A stretch of DNA of 56,819 bases, the filler included, from Novakomyces olei (Eukaryota), in NCBI GenBank assembly GCA_016906335.1. It is 2 parts of 2 records of this genome, joined end to end, with 100 filler letters (N's around TTAATTAATTAA, not from the genome) between each part and the next. Parts side by side here need not be neighbours in the genome. Positions count along the whole stretch, not along the records: positions 1 to 29,693 come from JADEYG010000008.1; 1 more part is not named here. The stretch is one strand, 5' to 3'. The first letter of the stretch is position 1. Each line of letters begins with the position of its first letter. A program made the translations under genes and the position numbers. Below, piece after piece: positions 12,483-25,875 of this stretch. The notes beneath the pieces are model-generated. The model saw only the letters and a list, made by a program, of their open reading frames with translations, made no database searches and was not told where the DNA came from.

Positions 12483-14191
12483 TTAGGCTGGAACGTTGTT
12501 TCAAACTCCACAAAGCCCAAATCAAAGGAATCCCAAAATTCAGAATTCACGAGTATCGATCATCTGAAAGCAAGGTATGCCATTCACATAGAAGACTGCG
12601 AGGCTCTATCGTGCAAGAGAGTTAGTTTTCTCTCTTGAATCATTATCGCTCGGCATGCCGCACTCCTCAAGAGTTCAGCTGCTGCGTCTTGCCATTGCTT
12701 TTCTGGTGATCGATTGCCATTCGTCACCATCCAATCAACTCAAAAAAATGACTGCACCGAGTCGCGACTGAAACCGTTGTGACTTAAGACATGTTCTAGT
12801 TGATTTCGTTGCCAGCCAATGATTGATAGTCTCTATCACGCGTTTGGCCCGAAACCCTAGTAAGTTCTCAGCGGATTTTCACGCTCAAAAAACCTATAGC
12901 TCTAATCGCGCTGTGCACGAATCGAGGTCACGAAAAATGCTGTATTTTGAGAACAGTAACTTATAAAGAAACAAAGCACTGCTACCTACTGAATAGGTTG
13001 CCAAAGTGGCCACGATTCGTGCCGTATTTGCCTGCATCTGCGTGCCAAGGTATACATGGCAAGTTTGGAGACGATAGCGTAGTTTGCCAACAGGCTTTCG
13101 TTTAGTTCCGAACATAAATACCAATCCCGCCTCCTGCAGTAGCCGAGAGAAGCATCAGGCGCACAACGCAGGAAGTCTCTGCCTCTAGTTGGTCAGATGA
13201 TAATTCGAATTCAGTGCGTAACGAAGTAAGCATAGATTGTAGAAGTTTGGAGTGTGAAGCGATATTTTGACTTTTTCTGGGCTTGATTGTGAAAATCTGC
13301 TCCTCGAGAACGAATTGGGTGTTCTGCTCTAATCTGCGAGCTATGGCGGCATACCAATACATGAGCTTTGGCACACCCGTAGCATCGCCTCTCGAAGCCA
13401 GAAACTTGAGAATGACAGGATCTTGGTTGACCTGGGCGGGAATCCCTTAAAGCAGGCTACGTACTGATTAACCACGTAGCATGCTATCCAGGTACAAAGG
13501 CGCTCACTTTCCACCGTCAACGAAACGTATCCGGGCGCCAAATATTCGTCCGGATAATTTGGCCGGTGCAGCCCAATGTTTGCGCCAGATGAATGCAGTC
13601 CCACAATAGATCCAAGAGAGATTACGTGAGCTCGTAAGCTTGATGATTTCCATAAGGCAAGCAGGAGCAGAGCCTGTACAGCAAAAATAGCGGTCCTGTC
13701 TCTTTCTAGTGCCTCAAAAGACTCTTTAGCCGTAAGCCGTTAATCGAAGCATCAATCTTCTGTCCGAGTTCAACTTCGAGCACTGGCTGCTATCATACAG
13801 ATGCTCCAGAACAAGAGCGGAGATTTCTAAAAAGCACCTTTGGCTCTGCATCACTCCTGACAATAGGCAGATATCTACTAGGACCTTCGAAGAAAATCTT
13901 GAAGAGATTGGAAGCGTCGGCCAGACTAAGGGCAACGTGCTCCAGAGAAAAGCATCGTCAGAAAAGGCGCAGACGAATCTCTCTCTGCAAAGGCCCGGGC
14001 AGTACCATCTGGTAGAGCAAGAGGCTCTGCTGGTTGATAGCCTTGCACGTCATAGACGCACTCCAGTTTTTCTTCGCCGGCACCGCAAGCATGGTTTCCA
14101 GGATCTCTAATGCAGCGCATTTTGAGCTGCCTGCAGCGATTGCAGGCACTGTGTCGACTCTGTCGCCGAGCTTTATCGCACGACCAGTCAT
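12483..14191 (-). CDS. Zn2Cys6 transcription factor with Fungal_trans domain (frameshifted)
   Basis: ACNRCRQLKMRCIRDPG..C.RCRR..LECVY at about 14150-14055; NIGLHRPNYPDEY...ERLCTWIACYVVNQYVACFKGFPP at about 13580-13435; acidic/aromatic tail EFWDSFDLGFVEFETTFQP-stop at 12483. Confidence 0.8.
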
Positions 14192-15057
14192 GATAATTGA
14201 AGACTGATGTTGAGCGTCAAGATTGGGCCTGCTGGAATTAGATGGTCCTCTCCTGAACAATAGTACGACCGCATCAAAAGCTATAATGCTGCTTTAGCAC
14301 CATAGACTTCAGACAAGGCAGCGAGGTGAGAAATCCAACATTTGCCAGCTGTGCAAAGCAAAAATTTGATCCACGGCCTAGTTCTACGATCCTATAATGC
14401 GCCGATCCGCCCAACACATATAGATCCTTTGCAGAGTTGAGTTTTACAAGTCAGTAAATTAGCTTGAATGTCACCTAAATCTGAATCTATAGTTTTCTAT
14501 CTAAATCACCAAATGTAGATCACCTGTTATACTATGAAAACAACAAAGAACAAAGTGAGCAAAAAACAAGTATTACTTAAGAACAAAGACAAGCCTTATC
14601 ACAAGGAGCAAAGTGTCGTCCTTGTCCAAGGTCAGTATAGGAAGTAAGCAGCATTCTCTTTGGGTACGTATATTATACATTGTTAGGACCCAACCCAATA
14701 TTTGATTTAAAAACCCAGCTATCCAGGCCTTATCGAAATGGAACAAGGTAGCAGCGGCGCTATTGCAAATAGCGAAGCTATAGATAACGGCGTCTTGAAG
14801 CATTTATGTTTCAAAGCACTGAGATTAATATACTATGGGCGAATGGTCCCTATTATAGACACGAGTGTCGAGCAAATGCATCTCTCTTCCCTTCCATACA
14901 TATATTAGAAAATAGAACCCCCTGATCAATGGGGGTACCCACATACACACACAAGAAATACTAAACAAACTAAGCTTGTACAAACTGTTATAGAACCCAA
15001 ACTTCATAAACTACCCGACCGTCGGCCGACGGAGGGAGCGTCTCCGCTTCTCCCCAA

Positions 15058-15244
15058 TTAGGTTAGGGTTTGCTAGGGGTTTGCTAGGGTTAGTTTGGTA
15101 AACCCGGACCAGTTGAAGCAAGAACACACATATATAGCCTACATAGCCTATCAAAATATACTATCCCACTTAATACGAACTCCATCAGATCCAAATCATA
15201 ATATGGTCAAGCCCACGCTACGCTAACCAGGGTTAGTTAGGGTT
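15058..15244 (+). repeat. Short interstitial telomere-like tracts
   Basis: TTAGGTTAGGGTTTGCTAGGGGTTTGCTAGGGTTAG at 15058-15093 and AGGGTTAGTTAGGGTT at 15229-15244. Confidence 0.5.
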
Positions 15245-15258
15245 AAATATCACGGTCT

Positions 15259-16056
15259 TTAGCGTGCTTGTCGAAAAAGCTGGCAAAGTTGTCGAAGCCT
15301 TGTACAAATCGTTGCTGATGAACAGGGTCTTTTGGATCGTGCCGTGCCCCCCATGAAACCGTGGGGAACATCGCCAAAAGTTTCTACCCGCTGTCCTGCC
15401 GCGTTTGGCAGACTTTGAACTGGTTTGCAAACTCTGCTACTTACAGCCTTGTCTTCGTCATGTGATGCCAGCAGATAGAAGGGGGCTTGCAGGTCTTTTG
15501 CATCGCTGATCCAGCAAACTATATTTTGTAAGATGTAAGCAGACTGATGCGATGGGCGCCCGCACGGAGGCACTTACGACGGATGGCACACTGCGGCCAG
15601 CGCGAACAGGCACATGAGGGTCATGCAAAAAGTAAGGTAACGCGCTTGCGCCCCAGCATGCACCATACAGAATATTGCCGCCGTTGTAGTGCCAGCAATG
15701 TGCATTACAATTTCTCGCAATTCTTTGTGCTCGCTTCGACGTTTGACGGCCTTTAAGAAACTCATGATTGCATCGGTGCGCGGTCCCGGTTCCATCGCGC
15801 CTATGGCCTTCTCTTCTAGAGAATGGCCTTCGAAAAAGTCGGCAGGTAGACCCGAATCCTTTTGCACAGCGTGTCGACTCCTCTCAGAGTCTGCTCTGGA
15901 AGCCAAAGATATCGTACACACCAACAGCGACGGGTGTTGTCTTTTCCATCCCCACCGGATACATATGTCTCGGTCCCGCAAAGGTTTCGTAAGTCCCTGA
16001 GGCTTATAGTCGCTGGTCACTGCCGGCTCGCTGGACGTACAGCACGGAGAAGTCAT
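15259..16056 (-). CDS. Dienelactone hydrolase family protein (frameshifted)
   Basis: MTSPCC..EPAV.SDYKPQG, YDIFG, PADFFEG, nucleophile motif YGACWGA (about 15665-15648), HPS, and ETFGDVPHGFMG with the catalytic His. Confidence 0.85.
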
Positions 16057-16198
16057 GTCAAGGTTAATTTACAGCGCAATAGTTCTTGGATGGATGGTGT
16101 TTAATGGGAGCGTCAAGAAGGGCGTCTTTGGTCTCCGCTTAAATGCTTTCCCGTAATGGCTCCATCGGAGCCGGAGCAAAGCCCAGTAAATCCGTAGG

Positions 16199-16315
16199 TC
16201 CGGCTGAGCAATCCGGCTGAGCAGTCCGGCTGAGCAGCTCGGTCGAAATGCTCGTTGAACTTGTCCGGCTGACATCCGGTTGAGTGTCAGACGTCCGGCT
16301 GACATCCGGCTGACA
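16199..16315. promoter_or_regulatory. Tandem TCCGGCTGA elements in a divergent promoter
   Basis: TCCGGCTGA at 16199, 16212, 16225, 16264, 16294 and 16305, plus the variant TCCGGTTGA at 16275. Confidence 0.7.
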
Positions 16316-16359
16316 CGACAGGCAAATTGTCGGAGCTTGAGCCCTGCCAGCTTCATAAA

Positions 16360-17890
16360 ATGGACTCTATGGGGCACCCTGGTGCTTACTACAGGCGGAC
16401 TGACACTGGTAGCTGTGTCGCGAGTCTGATTAAAGGCAATGGATCTGGGGAAAAGAGTTCAGCCGCAGCTGGGGAAACGTATCCCGTGACAGACTGGGAT
16501 AGTGGTATTGTTGCATGGGATAGTCAAGATGATCCGGAAAACCCGCAGAATTTCAAAATGTGGCGCAAAGTACTGAATCTGGCTTTGCTTGTGGCGGCAA
16601 CGTTTTGCTCGCCGTTTGCGTCGAGCTCATTTCGCCCGGCGCAGGCGATGCTATGAGAGATTTTCACAACAATTCTGATATCTTGAGAGCGTTTATCGTG
16701 AGCGTCTACATCTTGGGCTATGCTGTGGGGCCGTTGGTTATTGCGCCTCTATCAGAGCTGTATGGGCGCTGGATCGTCCTTTCCGTGTGTAATTCCATGT
16801 TCACCGTCTTTCAGATTGGATGTGCGTTGGCCCCAACGTCACTGGTATGGCGTTTTGTCGCCTATTGACAGGTATCGGCGGCTCTGCTTGTATAACGTGT
16901 GGTGGAGGCATCGTCAGCGATATGTTTGGGCGCCACGAGCGTGGCCGCGTCATGGCTATCTACTCCTTTGGGCCCGTACTCGGGCCCTCCATCGGCCCTA
17001 TTGCGGGGGGTTCATTTCTACCAGAATTGGCTGGAGATGGGGGTTTTGGATATTACTGATTGCCGGCTTTACCATAACCACGCTCAATGTTTGTTTCCTC
17101 AAGGAAACAAATGCAATGGTTTTGCTTGAGCGCAAGACCAAGCGCTTGCGGCGCGAGACAAAACGGGACAATCTTGTCAATTATTATGTGCAAAAAAATT
17201 CTGCTATATCTCCCCAGCGCAAATTCAAACAGGCACTTCTGATGCCCATCAAGATATTAATGCAGCCGGTTGTTACGGCAGCCGCGTTGCATCTCGCTTT
17301 GTCTACGGACTTTTTACCTCCTTCTGACCTCCTTGTCTGAAATTTTCATCGAAAACTATCACTGAAATTAACATCGCGAATCTCTGCTTCGTTCCGCTTA
17401 TGCTCGGCTTCATTCTCGGCGGAGTGTTGTTGTAGCGTTTTCAGATGCATATTGCCGGAGATTGGCTCGCATCAATGGACACTTCCGTCCTGAATATAGA
17501 CTCTTGTTTCTCATCTATAGCGAATTTACATTGCCGATAGGGTTCATTTGGTATGGGTGGACTGCATACAAAAAAGTGTTTTGGATTGTTCCTATGATCG
17601 GACTAGTACCTGTGGGCTACGGCACGCTGACTGCATTTGTCAGTACTCAGATGTATATAGTAGACGCTGTCCCGGCGTATGCTAGTAGTGGTTTGCGGCA
17701 ATCACAGTCACCCGCAGCCTTTTTGGTGCCCTTTTACCTCTTTGCGGTCACAAAATGTACCAATCTTTGTCATACGGCTGGGCCAGCACCAATGCTAGGT
17801 CTGATTGCGCTTATTCTTTCGGCTACGCCTTATGCATTTGCAATTTTTTTAAGGAGGCATGATGCAACATTGGTCGAAAATGGTATTTGA
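16360..17890 (+). CDS. MFS DHA1-family drug:H+ antiporter (frameshifted)
   Basis: VAWDSQDDPENPQNFKMWRK, GPLVIAPLSELYGR, GGGIVSDMF...ERG, GPSIGPIAGG, GWRW, LKET, RPEYRL, YIVDA across several frames. Confidence 0.9.
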
Positions 17891-19389
17891 AGGAGCAATT
17901 CGGGTTCCTCAGCTAGAAATGCTAGTGGGGTTACCAGAGAAAGCTAATCAAACCATTTTACAGGTTGCAATATGAACACTAGATACAGAAAATACTGGCG
18001 CAGCGAGCCCAATTATCCCGAATTCTGATAGACGTGATCAAAGCTTGGCTCCCGGAAACTACCAGCATTATTCTGACGGGGGCACGCTTAAATGAATACG
18101 TCTTTAGAATATTAATTATATGCTGGCGCTAATGCAATAGTTCATGTCTTTCCTTTCTCATCTGCGCTGTAAGCTGCCCTTGAGAGACGTCATGAGTCTG
18201 AAGGCCACACTCATGTGAAAACATGTTGGCTTCTGCCATCACTAGTTGCCATATGGTCATGATAAAGAAGCGGGAATAGGCGCTACTATTCTGCATAAGA
18301 GTCACTACGAATGGCATCAGGGATTACAACGGGCAAGCTTGTAGCGGGATCATACTGGCGCGATTGTTTGGCTGTGAGCATTGACTAGATAGATCAAAGA
18401 TGGACTGCATCTTTGATCATGCTTGATTGCCCTTGGCTTTTTGCTTGTCCCGACCTTCTAAAATAACTTCAGACCAGGAAAAGAATCACAAGGTATTCGG
18501 TTTCTGCCGCCCTTATTCGCTCCGTCTACCTTCGGATAAAGCTTCCGAGCTCGTAAATACTCAGACAATTCGTTGTTGAGTAGTCACTTATTACCCTCGA
18601 GGGCCATGAAAGCATTATTTAATCGATTCCTGTGGGTCACATATTTTCGTTTTGCTTGCCTGGTAGAACCGCTGAACAAGTAGACAAAAGCGGAAATATA
18701 GCAAGAACGAGAGACGGGGAAGCGGGGTAAAAACCCAATTTGTCAATTACTCCTTTTATGTAACCGGAAGTTGGTCAGACTGCCCAAACTATATCACTCT
18801 GGAAGGATTTTGTCAAAGTTAGATGTGTAGACGAAGAAATGTATAAGATGCTCCTGAGGACGCGATTATGCTCCTCGATTCGTGTCATGCTGCTGTTCTA
18901 TGTGTCTTGCAACGACGACTATTCATTCTCAAGTTCGATCTGTGTAGACAAGCGTTGACTTAATTGGTATGGCCTGTCAACCATCGCTCCGTGCTATGAT
19001 TTTTTTGGTAGCATAGCCAAGGAAAGGTTGAGTAAAGAAGGTAAAAATAATTTAGACCTCTATTTCCATCGTCCATGTAGAAAAAATTATCTCCAATTCA
19101 CCGTTTCGTCTACTTTTGAGGCTCAAGGGTTGGCTTGTCCCAGCGGGACGGTTTACACTCAGCAATAAGATTTTCCAGCTTCTCCCTAATCCTTCGCACC
19201 ACAAACTCAAAATTGACGCTCTTTCTATTCATCGATATTTCGTCGGGTCGGCTACCTTTTAACGTGAACTTTTCCAGTTTAATATATGGGCAATGTACTA
19301 GTGCGTTCTGACATTTCGCCGAAATATCAGTTATAGGGTTTTCTTGATTTTTAGACTGCAATTATTATACAAAACAATATATACTAACT

Positions 19390-19426
19390 GACATTTCGTC
19401 GAAATGTCGCTAGTAATAATAACTAG
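19390..19426. repeat. 37-bp element with palindromic core; inverted copy at 25876-25912
   Basis: GACATTTCGTCGAAATGTCGCTAGTAATAATAACTAG matches the reverse complement of 25876-25912 at 33/37 positions. Confidence 0.8.
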
Positions 19427-19593
19427 GATCCTACGTTTAGTGCAGCGTCACGTCCTAAGGATCAAAAGTAATAATGCTGGATCTTATTTAGAGCCAATAT
19501 GTTAAAATATTTACAAAAATCAATATGCGATTATGAAATTTTGACCTTGGCTTCACCCTCGACGAACCCTGGCCAAAACTGTGGACTCTGGGG

Positions 19594-20382
19594 ATGAAGA
19601 GCAATACAAGCGAGCTAAGTGCGATAAGCTGGGGCGCTGAGGGGATTGCAACCCTTGTTTCAAAAGATGGAGCCACAATAGCGGCGGTTCCGATTCAGTT
19701 CACAAATGCAGACCCTCATCCCGTCAACACAGCAGCTTACCTGTACGATGTTGCGCGGCGGTTGATATCCAACTTTAAAGTGGAGGATATCATTCAGCGG
19801 GGTGGGAGCACCGTTAACCCCGCAAGATCCGCTTACTTCTGGCATATACGCGGTGGATATGCTATTAACAATATGAACATCGTCCCGTCCACAGGAAGTC
19901 GTACCACAAACGATTTTCTGATGCGGATAGTTCATCAACTGTCAGCCGGTCGTCGCGTTCGTCTCAAGCGCAGACGTACTTTCGCGAGGATCTTCTTTTG
20001 CGTGATGGACGTTGCGTCTTCACAGAAGCCAGAGGGCGTACCGCTGTTGTTGCGTGCCACATGTTCCCTACAGTCTCGGCGACACGTACCTTTCGGAAAT
20101 ACTGGGAAACCAACAGTTCTCTGGTATTTACTCTTCTTCGAACGGACTGCTCATGAGGAGGGATATCCATTTCTGTTACGACAGATATCTCCTAGGGTTC
20201 TATCGGATTGCGCCAATGTATACGTTATTCATTCCTTTGGGACGGGCTACCGTGAACTTCACGGAAAAATCGTGGATTTTAACATCGAGCCCGGCGATCC
20301 TTCTATACCACCTAATGAAACACTCATGGCTTGGCACTATTCTCAATGTCTTATGGCAAGGATGCGTCCGTTTGTGGTTTAA
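19594..20382 (+). CDS. HNH endonuclease-domain protein (HNH_2-like), frameshifted; start uncertain
   Basis: Across frames: FREDLLLRDGRCVFT...VACH.VPYS...SSSNGLLMRRDIHFCYDRY, and C-terminal PNETLMAWHYSQCLMARM. Confidence 0.8.
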   Translation: MKSNTSELSAISWGAEGIATLVSKDGATIAAVPIQFTNADPHPVNTAAYLYDVARRLISNFKVEDIIQRGGSTVNPARSAYFWHIRGGYAINNMNIVPSTGSRTTNDFLMRIVHQLSAGRRVRLKRRRTFARIFFCVMDVASSQKPEGVPLLLRATCSLQSRRHVPFGNTGKPTVLWYLLFFERTAHEEGYPFLLRQISPRVLSDCANVYVIHSFGTGYRELHGKIVDFNIEPGDPSIPPNETLMAWHYSQCLMARMRPFVV

Positions 20383-21070
20383 TGAGCGGGTGCGATTCGT
20401 GCTTCGACCCTGTTGGACAATTCAACAGTATATTCTCATCCCAGGGCTCACTATTATGAGGAAGCTTTATGTTTTTAATGAAGCCTGGGTTTATGGGTAT
20501 TCTACCCTATGTCTTATAATCGAAGACTGTGTAATCTTCTAGGGTTTCAAATGACCCTGCGGTGGGCTCTTTGGCCAAATTTTCGCCAATTTTTGATGCA
20601 GGTTTGTCGCTGCGCAGATTAAAAGGCATGCCGACAAGCTGCTTATCCGGCTGCAAGTTCGGCATGTACGTCCTACTGAAAGAGCCATTCATGTGGGCTG
20701 CTGGGTACTGAGCTTCTTATTGGTGACGGGGCACGATTGCCTCACAACTACTCTGCTGCTCCCGCTTGTGTCAAAGACTCAGACATCAGCGCGCGCAGGT
20801 CGCCGCCCTCCCTGTATGCCAACAGCAGCTTTTATGCCGATGTGCTGTTTTGTGCAGTAATGCGATCAGTGCCGGAACCACATCAACGCTCGCCGTAAAG
20901 TCATAATATCAGATGCGATTCTGCAGCGCCCTGCACGACCCATACTTTCATACTCTGCGCGTGGACTCTGTTACGCGAGCAATCAGCATAGACAGCGAAG
21001 CAGTAGCGCTTTTCATTGGTGTAAATTAACATTCTCCCAGATAGCAGATGATTTATGGGATTTTGGTACA

Positions 21071-21864
21071 GTGCGTAATGGAAACACTGCACAAAGTCCC
21101 GTAAAGCCTACACCTGCCCTTGAACTTGATGATGAGTTGGATCCTACAGTGCTGCAACACCTGCAGATTTCCGAGAATACCACAATCAAGCCTGCACGCA
21201 CCGAGCCGCCAAAAGCTACCGACGCTTTAAATAGGACAATGACGGTTACTGGCTTGAATAAGGGAAAAGATACCAATGAAAGTAAACCTAAAGTTGCTGA
21301 ACAGACAAGTGACGACTGGCTATCGCTGTCAGAATCAACTTTTCATTTAGATAAGCGCGACCGTCTGCTCGAGACACTAAAGCGCCTGCGGCAAAGTGAG
21401 GACGCAAAAGTTTTGCACGCTGCTCAATTGCTTGCTGATGCCATAACTGCAAGTGAAAAGGAGTGCCCCGATATTTTAACGCGTTTGCTCCACGATGTAT
21501 AGAGAGGTTCAACATCCAGGTGAGATTGTGGCCTTTTTATCGAGATTTATGTTCCATTCGCCTGTGATTATTTGTAGTTTGTTCAAGAGTGGATTGTAGA
21601 ACGTGGAGGTTTTGACGAGATCAATTTGGCCGTTTGCACGCCGTCTCACCGTATTAGTTGAAATCTTTATGGCCAAACTGTAATAGATTACATAACGTAT
21701 CAAAATGTGCAAGCTCAATCGTGCAGTCATCGAAGCGATTACTAAACAAGCACAACAAGTGTCTCATGAGCACCTTGCATTATTTGGACAACAAAAGATT
21801 TCGTCTCTTGATTTTGGTAGGCAAAGTAACGATGCCGTCTCACGTGCGCAACCTTCATGGATAA
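21071..21864 (+). CDS. Hypothetical protein (probably spliced or frameshifted)
   Basis: 143-aa ORF with natural composition, continuing into short downstream ORFs; no recognisable motif. Confidence 0.3.
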
Positions 21865-22199
21865 ACTGTAAAACTCGTGCATAAACGAAAATATTAATAG
21901 TTTAAAAAGATGCATTCTATCGTGTTCATTGCAGACTGTTGGATTGCAGACTGTTGGAAATAATCAAAATAATACTAAGGATTGATCTACGTTTAGTGAT
22001 TTAAATAGAAAACTATATAAGTACAGGTAGCACCTAGATTCAAATTTAGATGGCATTCAAGCTAATTCACTGCTTATAAAACACAACTTTCCAACACAAA
22101 CTAATAGGATGCAACACGCTTTAAATACGTGCAAATAACTGCATGGCCTCTACTCGAAACTGTAATTTGAATGTCAAATAATCCATTCATGCACACATG

Positions 22200-23033
22200 C
22201 TGTAATTAATTACCAAGCCCATGCTAACAAGCAATTCATATTTACGCGTGACAGGCAACCTTGCTTCCATTAATTTTGGATACCACAGGTTTGTTTGTGG
22301 AAGAGCGTTTTTATGAGAGGAATTCTGGTCTACAGCCATGCTTTCAGCTGCTGTGCCGATGAGCAGCTTTTTGTTATTGAGCAACATGGTTTGGTCGAAT
22401 TGTTGGAGAGCTCGGAATAGCCATAATTTAATCCTTCATATTGACTCAAAGCACTTGGGATGTAAGTGCATACATCACATGGCGGCTGTTTCCTGTATCA
22501 AGGTTCCAGGCACCAATGTTTTGCCTCGCGCTATGCGCATAAGAATCGGGTATGAGATAAAAGTTGCCTTCCTTGTCCCAGCCTCATAAATCAGCCAGTC
22601 CACCTGAACAGTGGCAGGTCAAAACGATGGACGGAAGCCGGCACTCGAACGCAACCCACTCATACTTATTTCTTTCGGCTAAAGCCACATTCCAGCCAAC
22701 ACGCCATTCCAACAAATAATACTGTATCAGTCACGACTTCCCCTTACTTCGACATATTTCTTGCCAGCTATCGTCGCCATGTCACCGCCACTGCCACAGC
22801 TATTTCTATATTACTCCAGCGCTCATACAGTCCCTTCGCCACTGGTGCTGCCATGCGACGGAGTTGGAATCGCCAGCAATAACTGGAATTGTGGAGGCAG
22901 GAACTCCGTCAAAAATATTACTTGATTTCTGTCCGTTCAATACGCGAGGCTCTTGAATGCTCATGATGGGTTGTATCGCTATTGGTGAACTAATGGAATC
23001 AAAATAAAACGCCAACAATATGCTAAACAAAAT
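22200..23033 (-). CDS. Possible small secreted protein (frameshifted)
   Basis: Hydrophobic N-terminus (LFSILLAFYF) followed by frame-broken, coding-like sequence containing Cys and Trp; no family recognised. Confidence 0.25.
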
Positions 23034-23105
23034 GCAATTTAAATATGCTCAATAATATGCCATAACTATGCCAGACTTTAAAGCCTGGACGAAAATGAAA
23101 GGGTA

Positions 23106-25816
23106 TTATACATCACTGGCCCCCGGCCTACTTGACCCTTCTTGCCTTTTTCTTCGGGACTCCCTGGCCTTCATGAATTTCTTCGTCCTCCTGACCACCC
23201 TGATTCCCATGGTCTCTACGATTTTCATATTCTCTCTGGAATTTATAGCTGCCATAGGCTTCGTGCCTCTCTGTCCCCATGGATCTCGTAACCTCAGTGA
23301 CCTCCGTGGCCCTTCTGGCTTCCCTGCCTCCTGGCCTCCCTGGCTGACCTGATTGACCTGGCCTCCCTGGAGTTCACCGCCTCCTTGGACCCCTTTCGTT
23401 GCAGATTTTCCAGCCGCTCCACTTCGCTGCTCAATATATTGAGAATTTTGTCATACAATTCTTCACCTTGTTCGATACGTACGCCTCTTGAATCTTTCAT
23501 GAACAATGCAATGCGAAGCTTTTCCATGCATCCCATCAAAGGCTTATGGTCATTAGTGAAATTTTCCGACATTTCGCGCATAAAAATATCGGATTCTCAA
23601 CGATTTTTGATTTATACGCCGAGACCTTTGACATACTGGCATAGTTCCAATCATCATACGGAGAATTCTGATTAATAGGCTGTCCATTTTGGAAATAGTG
23701 AGTCAAAATCCAGTAAGCCACCCAAAAGTGCGACTCAATGTCGTGCATCATGGTATGATCTTCTCCGTCTAGTAAAGGTATCGCCATAAACGGCCTCGTT
23801 CCTGTTCTCTCCATCGCGCCTGACAGACCAGCTTGGCTGATCCTGATCGCAAACTCAAGATCAATAAGAAATGCCGCCGAGACCCTGGATTTTCAGACCC
23901 CTCATTCATCATCAAGTTCCCGATCGAAATGTCCCGGTGCAGAATATCATTCTTCACAAGCGACCGGTGGCCCTCAAGACATCCCATTATCCCTTTCAGT
24001 AGCTCTATGTGTGAACTTGCCTTGTACAATGGCTTCCCGTAGTCCAACACAACGACTCGTCGATGGACTCGGTTTTTGATTTTCGCATCCAAAGAATCAA
24101 TCTGCTTTGCTGGCGACGACTCTCCGGACCTCTCCTCCGCATTCTCCTCTATATTCCATAATGGAGATTTCGCTGACCGAGTACTGCTTCGCCGCATGTC
24201 AAGTGCTGAAGTGCCCGATCCGGTCGATCCTCTCGACCATCTTGCTCCAAGATCCGGAATTGCCTTTTTAGAGCTCCGGTCATGTCTAATCCATTCCGCA
24301 CATTGCTCATAAGATCGTCTTCCTTGCCATCAATGTGAACCACCTCATGGTGATAATATCGCGAAATATTCTCGACACCACGAGTACCCGCTAGCTTAAG
24401 CAGCTCCCCTTCTTCCCTTCGCTCCGGCTCCTGCCACGAGTCTTGATCACTCTGACTGCGCTCTTATCCCTTCTCGGTGCGCCAGCCTACCGTCGTGCCT
24501 CTGCACGCAATTCCGCTCGAAGTCTTCAACACTTTGTCAATTATAAGTCGCTCACGCGTCCGCCCTAGTTTAATATCGATATATCTATCTTTCTCTTACT
24601 GACAATTGTCGGATCGTAACCCAGCTCTTTCTCTCCCATCGTAAGGAAAAACAGCATCACGTAGACTATCAGGCCTGTTGCTTTGTTGATGTCGAATGCT
24701 TTTGATGCTATCGCCCCACATCGATCATATTTCCACACCCTCATCGACGAGTCGCAAAGCGTAAATCCCAAAACATATCGACGGTTATCCTGCGCTCGAA
24801 ATATTTCCTTTATATACTTTGCAAGGCCAAGCCATGCTTGTGCAGGGCTATCGGCCTTACGACTGCTTTTTAGCTCTCCCACAACCAAGACGTTGTTCCA
24901 TTGTTTATCAGCATTTCGCTTTATGAAGAAAATGTCAGGTTTGCGTGCGAACTTTCCAGGGAGAGGTTTATTCGCCGCAGACATTGTAGTTCGCCGCACC
25001 TCTGTGCCTTTAATTCGCTTGTAAATGTTGCTTATTTGCGTTACAAAACTCTTGAGCCAATCTAGCACCGCTGCCTCCTTCGCTGATTTGGGCCAATCCT
25101 TCAATTTACCGTTTTTGAAGAGTAAGTTTCTTGGTTTGCCTCTTAACCACTCTCGCCGATAGTTTATTGAGCGATTTTTTCTGAGTGGACAAAATATCCT
25201 CCACCTCAAAGTTGATATAGAAAAATTTAAGTTCAGCTTTGATTGCTCTTCGACCTCTATTGATCGTTCGCTAGAATTGTACGCAATAGAATTATATTGA
25301 GTGGCGTCCCAGGAGCTTGTTTTGGTGGCTCTTCCTTCGTTTGGCTTTGAGCTTGCCTTAATCGCTCGACCTTCCTTTGGCTTTCCGCTACAACATCGTT
25401 CAGTTTCTCCCAAATCTCTAAGTCGTTATCATGTTTAAATGCAGCCGTCAGGACTGGGGCAATGTCATGATAGTAAAGCCGGATATCAGAGGCAATGTCG
25501 TTAACTAGTTCACTTATAGCAGGTTGAACATCCTCCGCCACAGCACTCAACTGCGGAAGCAAGATTCTAGCCAGCCTAAAATAGTCTATAGATGTTAGGC
25601 ATAAAGAAAAATCGACGAGACCCAATCGTTACCTTTTTCATGGAGCAAAAGGGCATTATACTGTCCTGAAGGGTCTCTATAGCCTGCTTTGTCAATCCGA
25701 CGTAAACTTTCGTAAAAGTAATATAAATGCGGTGTAAAGGGATTATCGTTAAGCATTCGTCGAATTCCATCGTTTATCTCGACCGCACCGGGCTCTGGCC
25801 TTAAAGGTTCCGCCAT
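23106..25816 (-). CDS. FunK1 (fungal-type) protein kinase (frameshifted)
   Basis: RKPDIFF, WNNVLVVGELKS, LAKYIKEIFRAQDNRRYVLGFTLC...WKYDRCGAIAS, LGYDPTI, CRGTT, NRVHRRVVVLDYGKPL, ILHRDISIGNLM, RTGTRPFMAI, HTMMHDIESHFWV. Confidence 0.93.
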
Positions 25817-25875
25817 CGCCGCTGCGGTCAAGGTGGGAACGCGACTCGAGCCAATGAATGCATGTTGGATATACA

